Source: Gnetum montanum
Taxonomy: Eukaryota > Plantae > Gnetophyta
Length of the DNA stretch: 64,000 bases
Assembly (NCBI GenBank): GCA_015680685.1
Contig: MNCI01001745.1
Span: 1,270,096 to 1,334,095 of the forward strand
Direction: 5' to 3'
The position numbers and the translations under genes were made by a program. This document shows, in pieces, positions 26,514 to 40,007 of the stretch. The notes under the pieces are model-generated. The model made no database searches and was not told where the DNA came from. It saw nothing but the letters and a program-made list of their open reading frames with translations. Each line of letters starts with the position of its first letter. Position 1 is the first letter of the stretch.

Positions 26514-29500
26514 GGTGCTATTGAAGCTCATCCTAGTCATCGTGGAGCTCATTGGCATTCTCTGCTGCATGAGCAAGCCTATCCCCAACACACCTACATC
26601 TAGATATGTGGGTGGGTTATCAAGCAATGTGGTTCCAACCAAGGGCACATGAGTTCTTGGAATTCCTATTATAGGGCTTTAGTGTGATGATGTGGTTACA
26701 CTTAATGGTGGAAGCTACTAGAGACATTACTGCCTATGGCCAACTGGGCCATTTTGAGGTTTATGTCTGATGAGCCTCCTACTAATGATGAAAAAGTAAG
26801 TGGTTTAGGTAGAGGCCCAAGGGTACTTAACCTTTATTCAGGATTTGGCAGATGCCAGAGTTCTCTTGCTACAACAAGAGCAACACCCTCTTTGTTGCTC
26901 TACACATGCACACTTTGTTCCAAAACCCACCTGGAATGGTATACTATGTCAAAGGGTAAGTGCTCTTATGGTTTTTGTAATGTATTCTTTACTCTTGGCT
27001 CATGCTAAGTTGCTAACTACTCATGCTTAATGCTAGATTCAAAGTTGATGAGCAAGGCTTACATGACAAGAAGGATGCTCTTGCCTTGACTCATATCATC
27101 CTAGAGCTATTCTCCTCTAGTCCAAACTTCCAAGAGGTAGTACCTAAGTAGGTGGGAGCTAATCTCAAGTTTTACCCTACCTGGTACCTAAGGATGTGTA
27201 AGCGGTGTAAGAAACATGATTGGCTAGATGAGGAATGGGCTAGTGTGAGCTCAACCTTGAGGAGATGCTTGCACCACCACCACCATCCCACACACCATTT
27301 TTTCTATGTAAGCATCTACTATTTTGGCTCTTGTGCTTGCTCACATGTGTTTGTCAATTTGCCCTTGCATGATGTTAGCATTGTTTTTGCCTTTATTTCA
27401 GTGGTAGTTACTTCAAGAGAGGTGATGATGGTCAGTATGGGCCACACTAAACTACCCTCATCATGAAGTATAGTGATGTAGAAGGTGTGTAGCATTGGTT
27501 GTTCCACCAAGCCTCAGAGGAGCTAACTAGTAGGCTCACACATGCTAGGTTGATGGACCTTTTCTTAGCCCTTAGCCTAAGAATTCTTATGGCTAAAATG
27601 GTCACAATCATAGCATCCTTCAGTAGTGATGTCCACCACTTAATCACCCACTTGCATGGTGTGAAGGTAGTTCTAGACCTCAACAAGGCCTTCTTTGCTA
27701 AACTCTTTGACCTTCCTATTGATGGCCCATTGGTCATTGACAAGGCCAATAGGGAGGTGGACCATAAAGGAGATATTTAGAACTACTTGGGATGCACTCA
27801 ATCTCACAAGGGCATCCCCATCAAAGACATGCTTGTATCTAAGGTTTGGGAGCTCTACCCTCTTTTTCGCACCTATGCCTTCCGAAAGTTGCTCTCTCAA
27901 GGAAATATCCTTAGGGTGGAGCAAGTGCAAGTGATGAAGAAGATACTATAGGAGGGCACAAGGTTCAACTAGGCCTCCTACATTATCATCAACCTACATG
28001 CAGAGATCACCAGGCTATGTTTCAACCTCCAAGTAAGGTCTCATGTACACTTTGCATTTTTCATAGGGTACCTATGAAAATTCATGGAGCTCTCGGTGAT
28101 TTTTGATAGTGGGTGATGGGTCATGCAAGATCATGAGCAACTATCAAATCCTTGGGTTAAGCACATGTTCATGACCACTTGTGTGCAAGGATCAATGAGT
28201 CATATTTAGTAATAAACAAAGGTCTCTTGGGATGGTCACACTATTCATGTGACAGTGCAGGCAAGGGTCCCTCAATTGTCACTAGGGATGTGAACAAGGC
28301 TAATCACTATATCACAAGGCTAATGGGATTATCTAAGGTGAAGATTAAGAGGCCATGCTCCACAAAAGAAGCTACTCCTGAGATTGGACAAGTAAGCATA
28401 GAGAAGATTCACCTCAAACTTCCCAACTTACACATAGATGCCGCAGATGCATATTTCTAGATGCATTCGTTTTGTATTTTTTTTATGTTTATATTTTTAT
28501 TTTTATTTTGCTACAGTATGTACTAATATGTGCTAATAGGTTATGTTTATAAATTGTCAAAATTAGGAGAGAGGGTTGCCAGAGCAATAGTAGAAGCAAT
28601 AATAGAGGAGGCCCCTTCATAAGTCAAGGAGGGAAAAGTGCATGAGGAGGAGCTACATGATGCCATAGAGACCCTTCAACAACTAGAGGAGGATGGATTA
28701 TTCCACCCTGATAGGGGTTATTTTGACCACCTTTTTGATAGCATGTAGCTGGATGACCCCCTAGCTCTTACACCTAAGGGTCTGCTAGATGAGTGCCTTA
28801 GACCATCTATTGTTGCTCTTTTACTCTTGCATCTTTGGGCTATTTAGTTGCATACTGATTGAATTGTTATGTCATAGCCCTAGATGAGCCTACTAGTGGT
28901 CAACTATCCATGTCTACCTATTGCATGAAGCCGTGGGTAGAAATGCCTAACAAGTTTGCCTTCATGGAGGGCATCGTAGAGGACATGGTTGACTACCTAC
29001 AGCAAGTGGATCTAGAGCTCAGTATGTGCATGATGTTGCTTTATTTATGTTTCTTTATCAATGTAATGCTTATTCTATGACTAAATTTAATTTGCTCGTT
29101 ACATGCCAACAAGTTTCAAGCTTTGCTGGGATTCGAGCAGGGTGGCCAAAGTGGATGTCATCCCTAAGTTCCCTCCTAAAGTGGAGTAGGTGACTCATCG
29201 TGTGTATGAGGCAGTGAGAAAATGCACACTTTTTGGTGCGAAAGCATTATGGGTCTACATGCGCTTGAATGAACACCTATGGAAGCATGTTCATGAGCTC
29301 TAAGAGAGGATGATGAGCCAAGACACAAAGATTGGGGACCTTCAATCCTAATATGACTTTCTTGTGGCTTGATCATGGGGAGACAGTACCTAGCATACTG
29401 TAGAGATAGATTATGCTATGTACTAGTTGGCCATCCATGGCAAAAATGAGGCCACCAAAGAGATTATTGAGCAGCGACCATAGATGGATCTACTTGCCCA

Positions 29501-30120
29501 AAAGAACCAAAACTAGAAAAACTATAGTGCAAAGGTGTATAGGTGGGGGCAGATCCAAAAGGATCACAAACACCACTACAAGCATGAGCAAGACACATAT
29601 CTTTAGAAACTCAAAGAAGAGTCTATCAAACATCATTACCTTGAGATGTTCCTTAAGGCAACTAATAGGAGACAAGCCTACGAGTTATTCACTTGTCATA
29701 TCATGGTGAGTGGATCTTCAGAGAGGTAGATTGTTACACCCTTAGTAGAGGCTTCATCTACTTCATTTTCCATGGAGCCACCTACATGGACCACTATGGG
29801 CAAAGGCAAGACCCTTGCAAGGATTGACTTTTGCTAAGAGGACTAGATGTGGTTACCTAAGGCCAAAATCCTTTGACACCTAGAGGAGGTTCTTGATAGA
29901 TTGCCTCTAGACATGATCGATGCAAGATCCTCTCAAGTTAGTTTTTAGTTGTTTTAGTGTTTTTCATCTTAGTTTGCATACTGTACATTTGGGTATTGGT
30001 TTGTGGTTTTGTTTTTGTTATGATGACATGCACCAAGTGATGTTGTGGACCCCAATGGTGTAGCGCAGGAAGGAGGACCTTCACCTCCATCTAGTTTCAC
30101 TGATTGAGCATATCCTAATG
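26514..30120 (+). pseudogene. Multi-exon antisense gene in Tat element 2: FCP1/NIF-like domain, plant-transposon/env-like domain, probable coiled coil
   Basis: Canonical introns 26956-27036 (GTAAGT..TAG, splices in frame), 27308-27401 and 29937-30068. Decayed introns at ~28461-28566, ~28789-28877 and ~29022-29113. Peptides VIVELIGILC, WFQPRAHEFLEFLL*GFSVMMW, PLFRIW..YNKSNTLFV..QNPP and FN*ASYIIINLHAEI (27964). Further 5' exons are possible at ~25755-26078. Confidence 0.75.
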
Positions 30121-30889
30121 TAGCCCTATTATCGAGCATTTTTGCATTTTTTTGTATGTTTTGCTACATGGTACAAATGCTCATGCTATGTACTATTATT
30201 GATGTGAGATGTAATGAATGTTTTACTATACAAGGTGTATGGCTCTTGTGATTATTTGCTATGTGTTTGTTATGCTAATGTTGCGATGGATTGATGTGCT
30301 AAGCCATTACTTATGTGATGGTTATGATTGTGCTATGATAGTGTTTTTGGACCATCACGAACCCAATGCTAGTTTAAGGCTATTAGTAGTTTTTGGCCAT
30401 TCCAAGCCCCAATGGTAGTTTAAGGCCATTTTGGACCATGCGTTGAAAAGGAAAAGTGTTGCCAGTTTTAGGCCATGGAAAGCCATAGCACTAGTTTAAT
30501 GCCTTTTTAGGCCATGCGATGCAAGGAAGATTGCTAGTTTTAGGCCTTGGTGGGCCATGCAATAGTTTAAGGCCTTTTCAAGTAGCACGATGCTAGTTTA
30601 AGGCCATAGCATGCCATATATTTTTGTAGTTTAAATTTTTTTGATTTTTATGTATTTTAATGTTTTCCATGTATATAAACTATTAACATCTAAAGAGTAT
30701 GCTAAATAAGTAAAGGCATAAAGTAAGTGAAAATGCACCAACAAAAGCAATAAATGTGTAATAAAGAAAATAATGCAAAATGCAAATAATCAAGAAAAAC
30801 ATAAATGGGCAAAAAAAATGCAAGCAAGTGAGATATGCAAAAGTGAAGGCAAGATAGGCACCTAGCACATGTTGGACTAAGGGGATGCC

Positions 30890-33800
30890 TTAGTCATGTA
30901 GTTGCTTCCTAACCCAATGTGGGTTAGGAAGTTCATAGGGTGTGGATGGTACTATGCAATACTCACATTGACCTTCATCAGCTATGTCAAAGGGTAATTT
31001 TGTCCACAGAGCATCCTCTAGGAGGTATTTGGCTCCCTTTGGCTCCTTAGGTTGGTTTGCCTCACATGTCTTACCCTCGTCCTTCATAGGAGATGCATCA
31101 TTAGGGAACTCCACCTCTAACCCTTACTCTATGTTAATTTTTTTGATGGCCAAAGGGGTTGCATTGTCACCATAAATGATAATCTCACCACCTTCATATA
31201 CAAGCTATATTTTTTGATGGATTGGGAAGGAGATAGCCTACAATTAGGCTAGTCAGGACCTACCTAAGACCTAGCATCTCCTTGATTACGATGAACTCTA
31301 TCATGGTAGGGAATTATTCCCTTCCCATGAAGGCTATCATGATCATTCCCCATATGACAATGTGTAATCCATTGAAGGACTCCAAGCACATTCTCTTTGT
31401 GGGTTTAATTTGGTTAGCAAGATCTATCTTGTCAACGATGGTATATGGGATGACGTTCATTGATGTCCCATCATCAACATGCACCTTGCAGATTCTACAT
31501 TACCCTACACAAATGGTGATAAACATTGGCATAGTAATGACCTAACCCTTCTCAGGGTCAACCTTGATTGCCTCATCATGGAACACCAGGGGCATTAAGC
31601 TCAATTCTTGTGGTGTAGGGGAAAGCATCATAGCATGGATGGATTGTTCATGCATTGGAATGTCCTCTATAATAGGAATGGAGGTCAACATGCAATCTAA
31701 TGCTTCGTAGTGGGCAGAGGTGGTCATGATCAAATTGTACAAGTTCAATGTAGTATTTTTTTGTTTTAGAGCCTATTTCACTTGGGCTAATGTGTCTAGA
31801 AAGTCTTTGCCACTATCTGCTCTTTTGTTGGCATTCATCTCCTCAATGTGGCCCAAGAGACAAATCTCTCATGGAGGAGATTTGGGCTTTGCTTGCCTTG
31901 CTTGGTTTTTTAGCCTTAGTGCTTGGTTGTTGGTTGCTTGTGATGGCCTTCTTAGTCGATTTGGCCATGGGGACAAAGGATAAGGGGACGGGCTTTAGTG
32001 GGCCTAGCTCCCTTTGCTCCTAGTGCTGCCTAATCATTTTTTCAATGAGGTGTTCATTAGGCCTCCTGAGTTGCCATCTCAATTTCTTATTAGTGTTGCT
32101 TGCAGGATGATCCCTTGGGTGAGTGGGGATAGATGCGTGGCCCACCATCAGACTTCAAGCAGATGAGGAGTCCACACATTGCAATACCCTAACAATGAAG
32201 ATGACTAGGCTATTGTTGCTGCAACATGTTGCAGGATCCTAATCACAAAGGATGTTATAGGTGCCTAAGGTGGTGCTTTGATAATAAAAGGGATCCTCGA
32301 ACTAGTGGACGTCGAGGAGACCCCAATGTTGCCAAAGGGTAGATGAATGATGAATGGCTCCTACACCGATTCTGAGTTATCATCAACGTTGATAACATTG
32401 ATGGTGTACCCTGCACCACTTGCATAAGAGGATCTTTGTAGACCCTCATTGATTGGTTTTGGGGGCAAACTGGGTTGGTTGCATCAAGGACCATCTTGCC
32501 CCTATCAATCATGTGTTATATATCATCCTATAGGGCCATGCAAAAGTCTTTTTTGTGTCTAGGTAATTAATGATAGTGGCAAAACCTATCTAGCCTAAAA
32601 TGTTTAGGGACTAGAGGCTCATTTAGTACTACAACTAAGGGATTCTTAAGAAGCTTGCAATATCGGTCATGCCTCTTGCTAGCCTCCTCAAACATCTACT
32701 GGTACTGGATTCTTCCAGCCTCAAGTAGTTGATTGAGGAGTTTTGATGGCTTGATGGGTAACAATGTGTACTTTGAGGAATCCTTACACTCAAAGTTTAG
32801 CCTTAGGGTAGCTAGTGTCATAGCCATTGACGATGCAGATTGGTTGCTAGTCATAGTGTTAGAGCCTAAAGCCTTGTTGTTGGTCGGGACCTTGGGTGGC
32901 TTGGCTATTGGTTTGGTGTTGTTTCGCTTGGCCTAATTGGCCACCGTTGCCACAATTGTGGTTGCTTTTTTGCCCTTGTCCTTATCCTTTTTGGCATGCA
33001 GGTTCTTGTAGGCCATGTAGGTCAGGGCTTTACTAGCCTTTGTCACATCCTAAATGCTCTTGGTTTGAGCAAATGCTTGGCTTAAGGATTGTGGGGCTAA
33101 ATAGTATAGCTTTGAATTAATAAAGTTGTTCACTACAACTTTGAAGATTACCAATATGTTTGTTTCAATAATGGGCTCAGGAATTTTGTTGAGCGATGCA
33201 CTCCAGTGTTATATAAACTTTTGCACAGGCTATAAGTGGCCCTGCTTAATCTACATTAGTTGGTCTAGGGTCACCTCAGGCTTCAAGTTATACTTGAATC
33301 ATGTGACAAATTAGCTAAGCAAATCCTCTAAAGAGAAAATGGAGGCCCTAGGAAGCGCATGGTACCAATCCAATATCTTTCTGATCAAGGACATGGTGAA
33401 CAGACAGATAATGGTGTGTGGCCATGCCTAAAGTATAAGGCATTTAGACTGGAAGGTCACCAAGTGAGCATTAGGATCCCCTTCACCATTATATTTGATG
33501 AATTGGGGGAGTGGGACCCTAGTAGGCAATGTTAGTGGTGGAACCACAGGATTGATCGAGTCATCTTGGTAAAAATCCATCACTTGTACCATTTTAGAAG
33601 AGTTGACCTTGAGCTACTTGACCTCTTTGGTGAGAGTTTGAATGAGCTAGAACACTTGATCCAAGCTCGGGGAGGTTGGAGTAGGCTGCATTAGTTGTGC
33701 TACCCACTACGTTGTTTGGATGGCCCATGACCCAGCTACACATTATGAGACCATGTGCAATGCTTGTTACATGGGTTGTGCCATGGACATAGTGGCTAGG

Positions 33801-34400
33801 CCCCACCACCTATTTGTGGGTTGGGTCGTTGTGAAGGGGACCAACACAACAAGTGGGACATATGACACCTTAGTCACTTGCGGTAGAGGAATGTGCATAG
33901 TGTGCACGTAGGGTCATGTTGGCATGAAAATTACCAGTAGGGAGGTCTAAGTAGGCTACAATGGTATGACAAAGGGTAGGCTAATAGGATGTACTACATC
34001 CTGATGTGCATGGTGCATGTGATGGGTTGCCACCATAGGCATGGACCTATGAGGTGACATCGGGTTTATAATTGTCTCTAGGAAGATAGGTGGGAAAGAG
34101 TGTGGAGGAACAAAAGTGGAGGTTGTCTGCTAGAAAGAGGTGTGAAATGAGTCCTCATGCTCTGAACAAGCCTCAAACTTATCCTACTCTTCCTGCTTGG
34201 GCTCCTCATAGTCAGTCCCTACATCATGCTCATTTTCTCGGATGAGCTAGGTGAGCACCCACTGATAAGGCTTGATGAATGGATGAATTCCATAGTAAAG
34301 GGAAAGTATTCCCTTCTGTCCCAATGTATGAGCTCATAATTTCATTTGGCCTTCATTTCTTAGCGGCCTACAAATAAACCTACCTGGAACTTCACACAAA
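30890..34400 (-). pseudogene. Degenerate gag-protease of Tat element 2
   Basis: PLPQFIKYNGEGDPNAHLVTFQ (~33450-33515), Cys/His motif FCHYH..H...C (~32535-32585), protease-like VHVDDGTSMNVIP (~31450-31490). Reading ends at the stop at 30890. Confidence 0.8.
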
Positions 34401-35149
34401 TGAAGTTATACTACTCTTCGTTCAGGATCACGTACTTGAGAGATAAGTTGGGCAACTTAAGTGATTACCTTTATCCTACCATAGTAGAACTAGTAGGATG
34501 GTCAATTTGGATCTCTTGCTGAATGGAGTAGGCAACAACCACACTTAAAGTGGAGGTTAAAGGTTGCTCAAGGTTCATGATGCAAATAGGAAATGCAAAA
34601 ATCACTGGTTGAAAAAAATGGCTAAGTATGAAAGTGGCAAAAAAAATGGCTAAGTATGGGAACCGTAGAAAAATGACTAAGTGTGAAGTCTGCAAAAAAA
34701 TGGCTAAGTGTAAAACTATTGAAAAATGGTTAACTCTGAAACTATGCTCACTATGCTAAGAGCCAACTACGCTCTCCTGAGCACTCAAAAGTTGACTAAC
34801 TGTAAAATGTAAGCTCTGGGGGTTGCCAAGTGGGGTTCCAAGGTAACTGATGATGGGGTCCAAAATACATCAACTAGTTTGTAGACAACTCCTATGCTGG
34901 CTTTAGATCCAACTACTGCCACAATAGGTCCACAGGAGTGTTAAGCCTTTGTTAACCCAAATCTAGCAATAGTGGTGGAGAAAGCATGCAAGATAACAAC
35001 CAATGAAGATTGCAGAAGGAAATGGCACTTGCCGTCCTTCTAGCACTTGAAAATTGTAGCAACTAAAAAGGTCAGAGGCTAGAATGGTACAATGAGAGGT
35101 TCACGGTGCACACAATTTGACCCGACATTCATGTCAGGGGCTACTAGAG

Positions 35150-36622
35150 GTGGAGACATGATGCCCAAAATGATCTTGTAGATCGAACTAGGACTTTCAA
35201 AGTGCGATATTAGGACATATGCTAGGGGTTTGCATACTATTTGTAGTGTCCATGATGTCAGTGTGGGTAAGCATAGTTAAAGTTTCCAGTGCAAGATGAA
35301 GGTGCAAACACACAAGTATGTGTAGAAAATAGCAAAAAATGAAGGTAAAATGCTAAAATGTGAGAGAAAATGCTAAAAATGCAAGGGAAGAAAATGAGAG
35401 GGAAAGGGGCACCACCCCAAACAGGGGGAGCATAGTTAACTACAAGGGAGATGAGGAGGTACGCAATGTACAAACAAGCACAGTCAACAACGTAGTCACA
35501 GTCTCAAGGTGTTTAATTTATGAAGACTGACATTTGTCGTGAAGTTTGTGCCTATTGGGTTGATTGTTGTGGTGTCCCATGGGATACATTGGGCTAAAAT
35601 GTCCCATGTGGTGTGCAACAGTGCCAAGTGCTAGTCCAGTGTTTGCCAAAGTGCTAAGTGTGCTCTAAATTTGCCAAATTCCAAAATGCTAGTCAAATGC
35701 AAGAATTGCCAACCCCTAAAACGTAGAGCACTAGGGTATTTATAGGGTTAGAATTACTATGAATTGTGGATCGGGTGCCACATGGTAGAGAGAAAGTTGG
35801 GGCTATGCTAACCCCAACTATGCTCCTACTAAAGCAAATGGTGTTCTACTGATGTGCTCTAATGGACCCTATGAGATTGCCAAACTGTGACTACACTGCC
35901 AAAACTACATGGGCTAGTGCTGAACATATCACAATGTACCTAAAAACAATGAAAAATAGTGTAAGTTTGGAGACTACGCTCTGGGACTATGCTATCCATT
36001 GTCTCAAGTGGTGTTGAGCATAGATACAATTTTGGGGCAAATGGGGATGCAAAAAAAATACAAATTGCTGATCTTGCTTGTCAATGGTGTCGTGGAGCTG
36101 ATGTGGATGCCAATGTCGCACTCTGGAGGCTTCTAGAGGCAATTTTGCATGACTATGCTGACTATGATCTAGAGCATAGTCTCAACAGTTAGACATTTTG
36201 TAAAACTTGTGTTCCAGGGCTAACTATGCTCTACAGCATAGTCACAGTAGTTAGAGATTTTGCTAAATTATTTTTTCCATGCCAAGCATGCTTGACAGCT
36301 TTTGGTTTGACACTTAGGAAAATTTGTAAAACTAATGTCTTTAGGCAAACTATGCTTTGGAGTGTAGTAGGAAGCGTAGTCACAGTAGTTAGAAAATTTT
36401 CCAAATTGTTTCTTCTATCCCATGCAAGCTTGAAAGTTTTTGGCCTAACACTTAGGAAAATTTGCAAAACTGGTCATTTGTCTACTGACTACACTAACTA
36501 TGCTCCAAAGCATAGTCTTAGTAGTGAAAGCATAGTCTCAACACTTAGAAAAAATTTGCCTCATGTTGACACTTAGACAATTTGCAGTCAAGACATGACA
36601 GCCCAAATTTGGTGGTGTTTCA
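35150..36622 (-). mobile_element. 5' LTR of Tat element 2 with GACTACGCT/AGCGTAGTC palindromic subrepeats (inner end approximate)
   Basis: TATA (minus-strand CTATAAATA) at ~35740. Many ACTA(C/T)GCT and AG(C/T)(G/A)TAGT motifs at 35800-36540. Terminus matches 8734. Confidence 0.65.
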
Positions 36623-37554
36623 TAAACAAGATAGGTATATCTTGTATTGTGATACTCAAAGCGATATACATCTCAGTAAAAATGATTTTTTTCATTTAAG
36701 GTCAAAGCATATTGACATGAGGTATCACTGGATATGAGATGTATTTAATTCTAAGAAATTGGAAATGGAGAAGATTCACACAAGTGAAAATGGTTTGAAT
36801 ATGATGACAAAAACCATATCCGAGAACAAAATGGAGATTTGATGAAAAATTGCTAGAATGTCTAAGCCTTTCATGTAGTCGGGAAGGGGAGATTGATGTG
36901 TGTAGATCCCTCCAACATGAAGCCCATGTCACATTAATATAAATAAATAAAAGGAGGGGAAGAAAGGCTGCCTGCTAAGCCAACCTAAATTAGCTGCCCA
37001 TGTTGGCTACTAAGTTAGGCAACCAAAATTAGCTATCTAGGTTGGCTACTAAGTTAGCCAGCATTCAACAAAGGCTGCCTAAGTTAGATAGCACAGGGCA
37101 TTTCCTTTGGCTATAAATCCAAGGGAAATGGCAAATGGATGTAGAGGTAGAAGAGACACCAATGGCCAAAGTGAGAAACGAAGGCCAAAGAGAGACACAC
37201 ACAAATGAGCCTTGTGAACTTGAGTTTCTAGGAATTTTTTCTAAAGTGTTGTGAGATTTCTCCTTGTTATTCCAAGAACATTTTTTCTTGACACGGTGTG
37301 TCTATTTTGTATACCTCTAGTAATTAACTAGAGAGACATTTTTATTCTTACTATTTATTAGTACAAGAATATTTATCTTGAGTTTGGACCTTGGTGAACT
37401 ACATAAATCTTTGTGTTATTGTGTGCTATTATTTTGCGCTATTATTTTACATTTTAGCTCCGCTGTCTACTTAGTTTATATCCTACTTTTAACACACAAG
37501 TTGGAAAATACTACACAAGCCAGTTCGCGGTGTTGTGCCCTCTTTTTCCCAGCA
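36623..37554 (+). mobile_element. 3' end of a Tnt1/Tork-like copia: RNase H C-terminus, PPT, 3' LTR (36894-37554)
   Basis: LYCDTQS.IHLSKN..SKHIDMRYHWI..EKIHTSEN. PPT GGGAAGGGGAGA at 36881. TG...TTCCCAGCA termini. CTATAAAT at 37111. Confidence 0.8.
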
Positions 37555-40007
37555 TGGTTGTGGATCGCATGCTGAAGAATAACCACCCAGAAAAATTGCC
37601 CAAGAAATATATACTGTGCATCAATATTGATCTCATTTTATTGCCGAGATAGATTTGATAGATTTCCATTTTTAAAAATATTGGTACAAAAGTTATGAGT
37701 AATGCTCTTCTTCTCAATCAAAAATTCCGTAGAAGACATAAATACCAAACTTCCGCTAGATGTTTTGAATTTTCCAGAAGGAATGAAATTATAAAATTGA
37801 GGGAACCCAAGTTCTTGCTGGATTAAAAAGAAAACCAATTTCCTCCCAGTTCTGGATATGTAAGAATCCAAAACTGTCATATTTTGTTAATTAACTAACC
37901 GCAGGAATGAAACACCGTAACATTTTGTTAATTCAGTAAGTGCATGATGCAGCGACATCAGTGACAGATGAAAATCAACTTACTCTAAGCTTTGATGTGC
38001 AACGCTAATAACAAGATATTTCATATGGCAGTGATGATTCGAAATTCTAATGGTCAAGAATCGGGCAGTTCAATCTGAAAAAGAAGGGGGAGCAACTTCC
38101 TGATGTAATCTTGCAAGCAACCGATGTGGGTGCTCTATGCGCCTACGTGTCGTCTGGTAAGTCTCTTCACAGTTAGTGCACATTCATCTGCAAATATGCT
38201 TGATTTCTCCATGCCCGAATGCAAGCCTTAATTAATAATCTAATATCCGTTGCAATGACTTGATGGAAAGAGGGTTTTCCTAAACAGCAAAAATGGTAAA
38301 GGCTTTTTTTTCTAGGTAAATTGCCGACGCTGACAAGGCTGCCACGGCATCAAAACCGTAGACCGACATTCTTCAGATATGGCATTCACGGAAAATGGGG
38401 TGCTGCAAATCACGGCATCAATACCCCCTTCTTGTTACCCATAAGGCAAGCCCATGAAAAATGTCCGAGATGCTTTATATGGCCAAACAAGGTATTAATG
38501 ATCTGCAACACTTCTAACGCTCTGTAGCGTTAACATTCTTGGGTAGTATTTGGATGAAAAATATCCAGCTCCAAAATTTCTTATCTGGAAAAAATGTCTG
38601 TTATGTTAGCCAGAAAATTAAATTATTCATATGAACAAATGTCCAAACTCCAAAATTTCTTATCCGGAAAAAAAAATGTCTGTAATGTAACTAGAAAAAT
38701 AAATTTTATAATTGAACCTGGAATCTGTTAAAATCAAACAACTTATCTTGCCATTATGCCAATAAATTTTGCATAACAATTTGTTAAATACAACCATTTA
38801 CATTTATATTTTTTATATGTGTTTCTGAAATAATATGGCAGCGAACAGTAGCTGATGGGCAGTTTCTTCGAAGCAGCATCCGCATGAAAATGTGTGAAGA
38901 TAAGCCACACAGGGTGCGTGCGGTAACCGTAGGTATCCTCGTGGGGAAATACAGATGTGTCTTACGACTCTAACCGGTTCGCCTGGGTTTAAATCGCGTC
39001 TTTTTATCTGTTCAAATCTTCATCTTGCCCAGAAGAAGCTCCTCATCCGCTACTGCGCGTTGCCCAGCAGCATTGTCCAGCACAAAAAATACGATGTAAA
39101 CGTTTGTACGGGAAAAACATCCTTTCACAAACTTTTTTTTGGTAAAATAAGATATTTGGTGTTAACAGGTTTGAGGTTCTATCTTAAATTTTGCTGTTAT
39201 TTTTCAACTTTCGGAATTACGAGCAGACATTTTTTATCGAATCTAGACGTCGGAGCATACAGTTTTTATCAAATCTGAAATTACGAACTGAATCCGGAAT
39301 TATAACAAAGTCGGAGCATCTTTTATCGAATACAACAAAGTCTTCCATTTTGCTGGAGCGAACATTTTCGAATTGAATATGAATTACAACTAAGTTCATT
39401 TTGCTGTAGCGAACATTTTTAAACAAAATCCTCTATGTCTGTGGACATGTTTAATTTTCAAGCATTTCATAGATGGATTAGCTTTTATCTTCCTCTTTTG
39501 TCTTTTCTTTTTCCGTGTTCCTCTGCTCTTCTTTTGCAAATTTAACAAAGAGGTTCTTGACGTCGGAACGCTTAGCTTGATAGTTTTGAACTTGATAGTT
39601 TGACGCAACGATGGACTTTGAAAGTTTGCAACAAGGACGTTTTCTTAATTTCAGATTTCTAAGAGCATAAAAATTAAGATTTTAGGAACAAACAAATTAG
39701 TGAATTACAGGCATGATAGATGGATATACAGTTTTGGAAGTTCCAAAAGGTGTCCTTAGTTTTTTTGTAAACCATAGGCAGCGGTTATTTGCCTTTTCCA
39801 TTGTGTATTTTCATGCAACATTGGGATCTAGACCCAGCCCTACCGTCGGACATCGATTTCCTTTACTGAAGCAAACGTTTATTCCTGATTTCCTGTACAG
39901 ACGACGTCAAGTAGCGACCACGAACGCGACTACCGATGATGCATGCGGTCATTCTGGTAGACAGATGACGTACGTTTGCACTACGTGACGACTTGAGGTG
40001 GCTAAGC

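Larger units (their letters stand above)
25200..36622 (-). mobile_element. Tat-lineage gypsy element 2: 5' LTR, gag-protease, antisense gene; no RT/INT or 3' LTR seen (left end uncertain)
   Basis: Terminus TGAAACACCACCAAATTTG at 36622. gag and protease motifs. Shares the CCTTAAACTAG repeat and the antisense gene with Tat element 1. Confidence 0.8.

Noticed and set aside
38542-38796. Tourist-like MITE with an internal ~80-bp duplication
   Set aside because: Terminal inverted repeats are too imperfect (GGTAGTATTTGG versus GGTTGTATTTAA) and no clear TSD; cannot be supported without copy-number data.
39110-39705. CACTA-type end (TTAGTG near 39700) with GTCGGAGC-like subrepeats
   Set aside because: No matching left terminus found.
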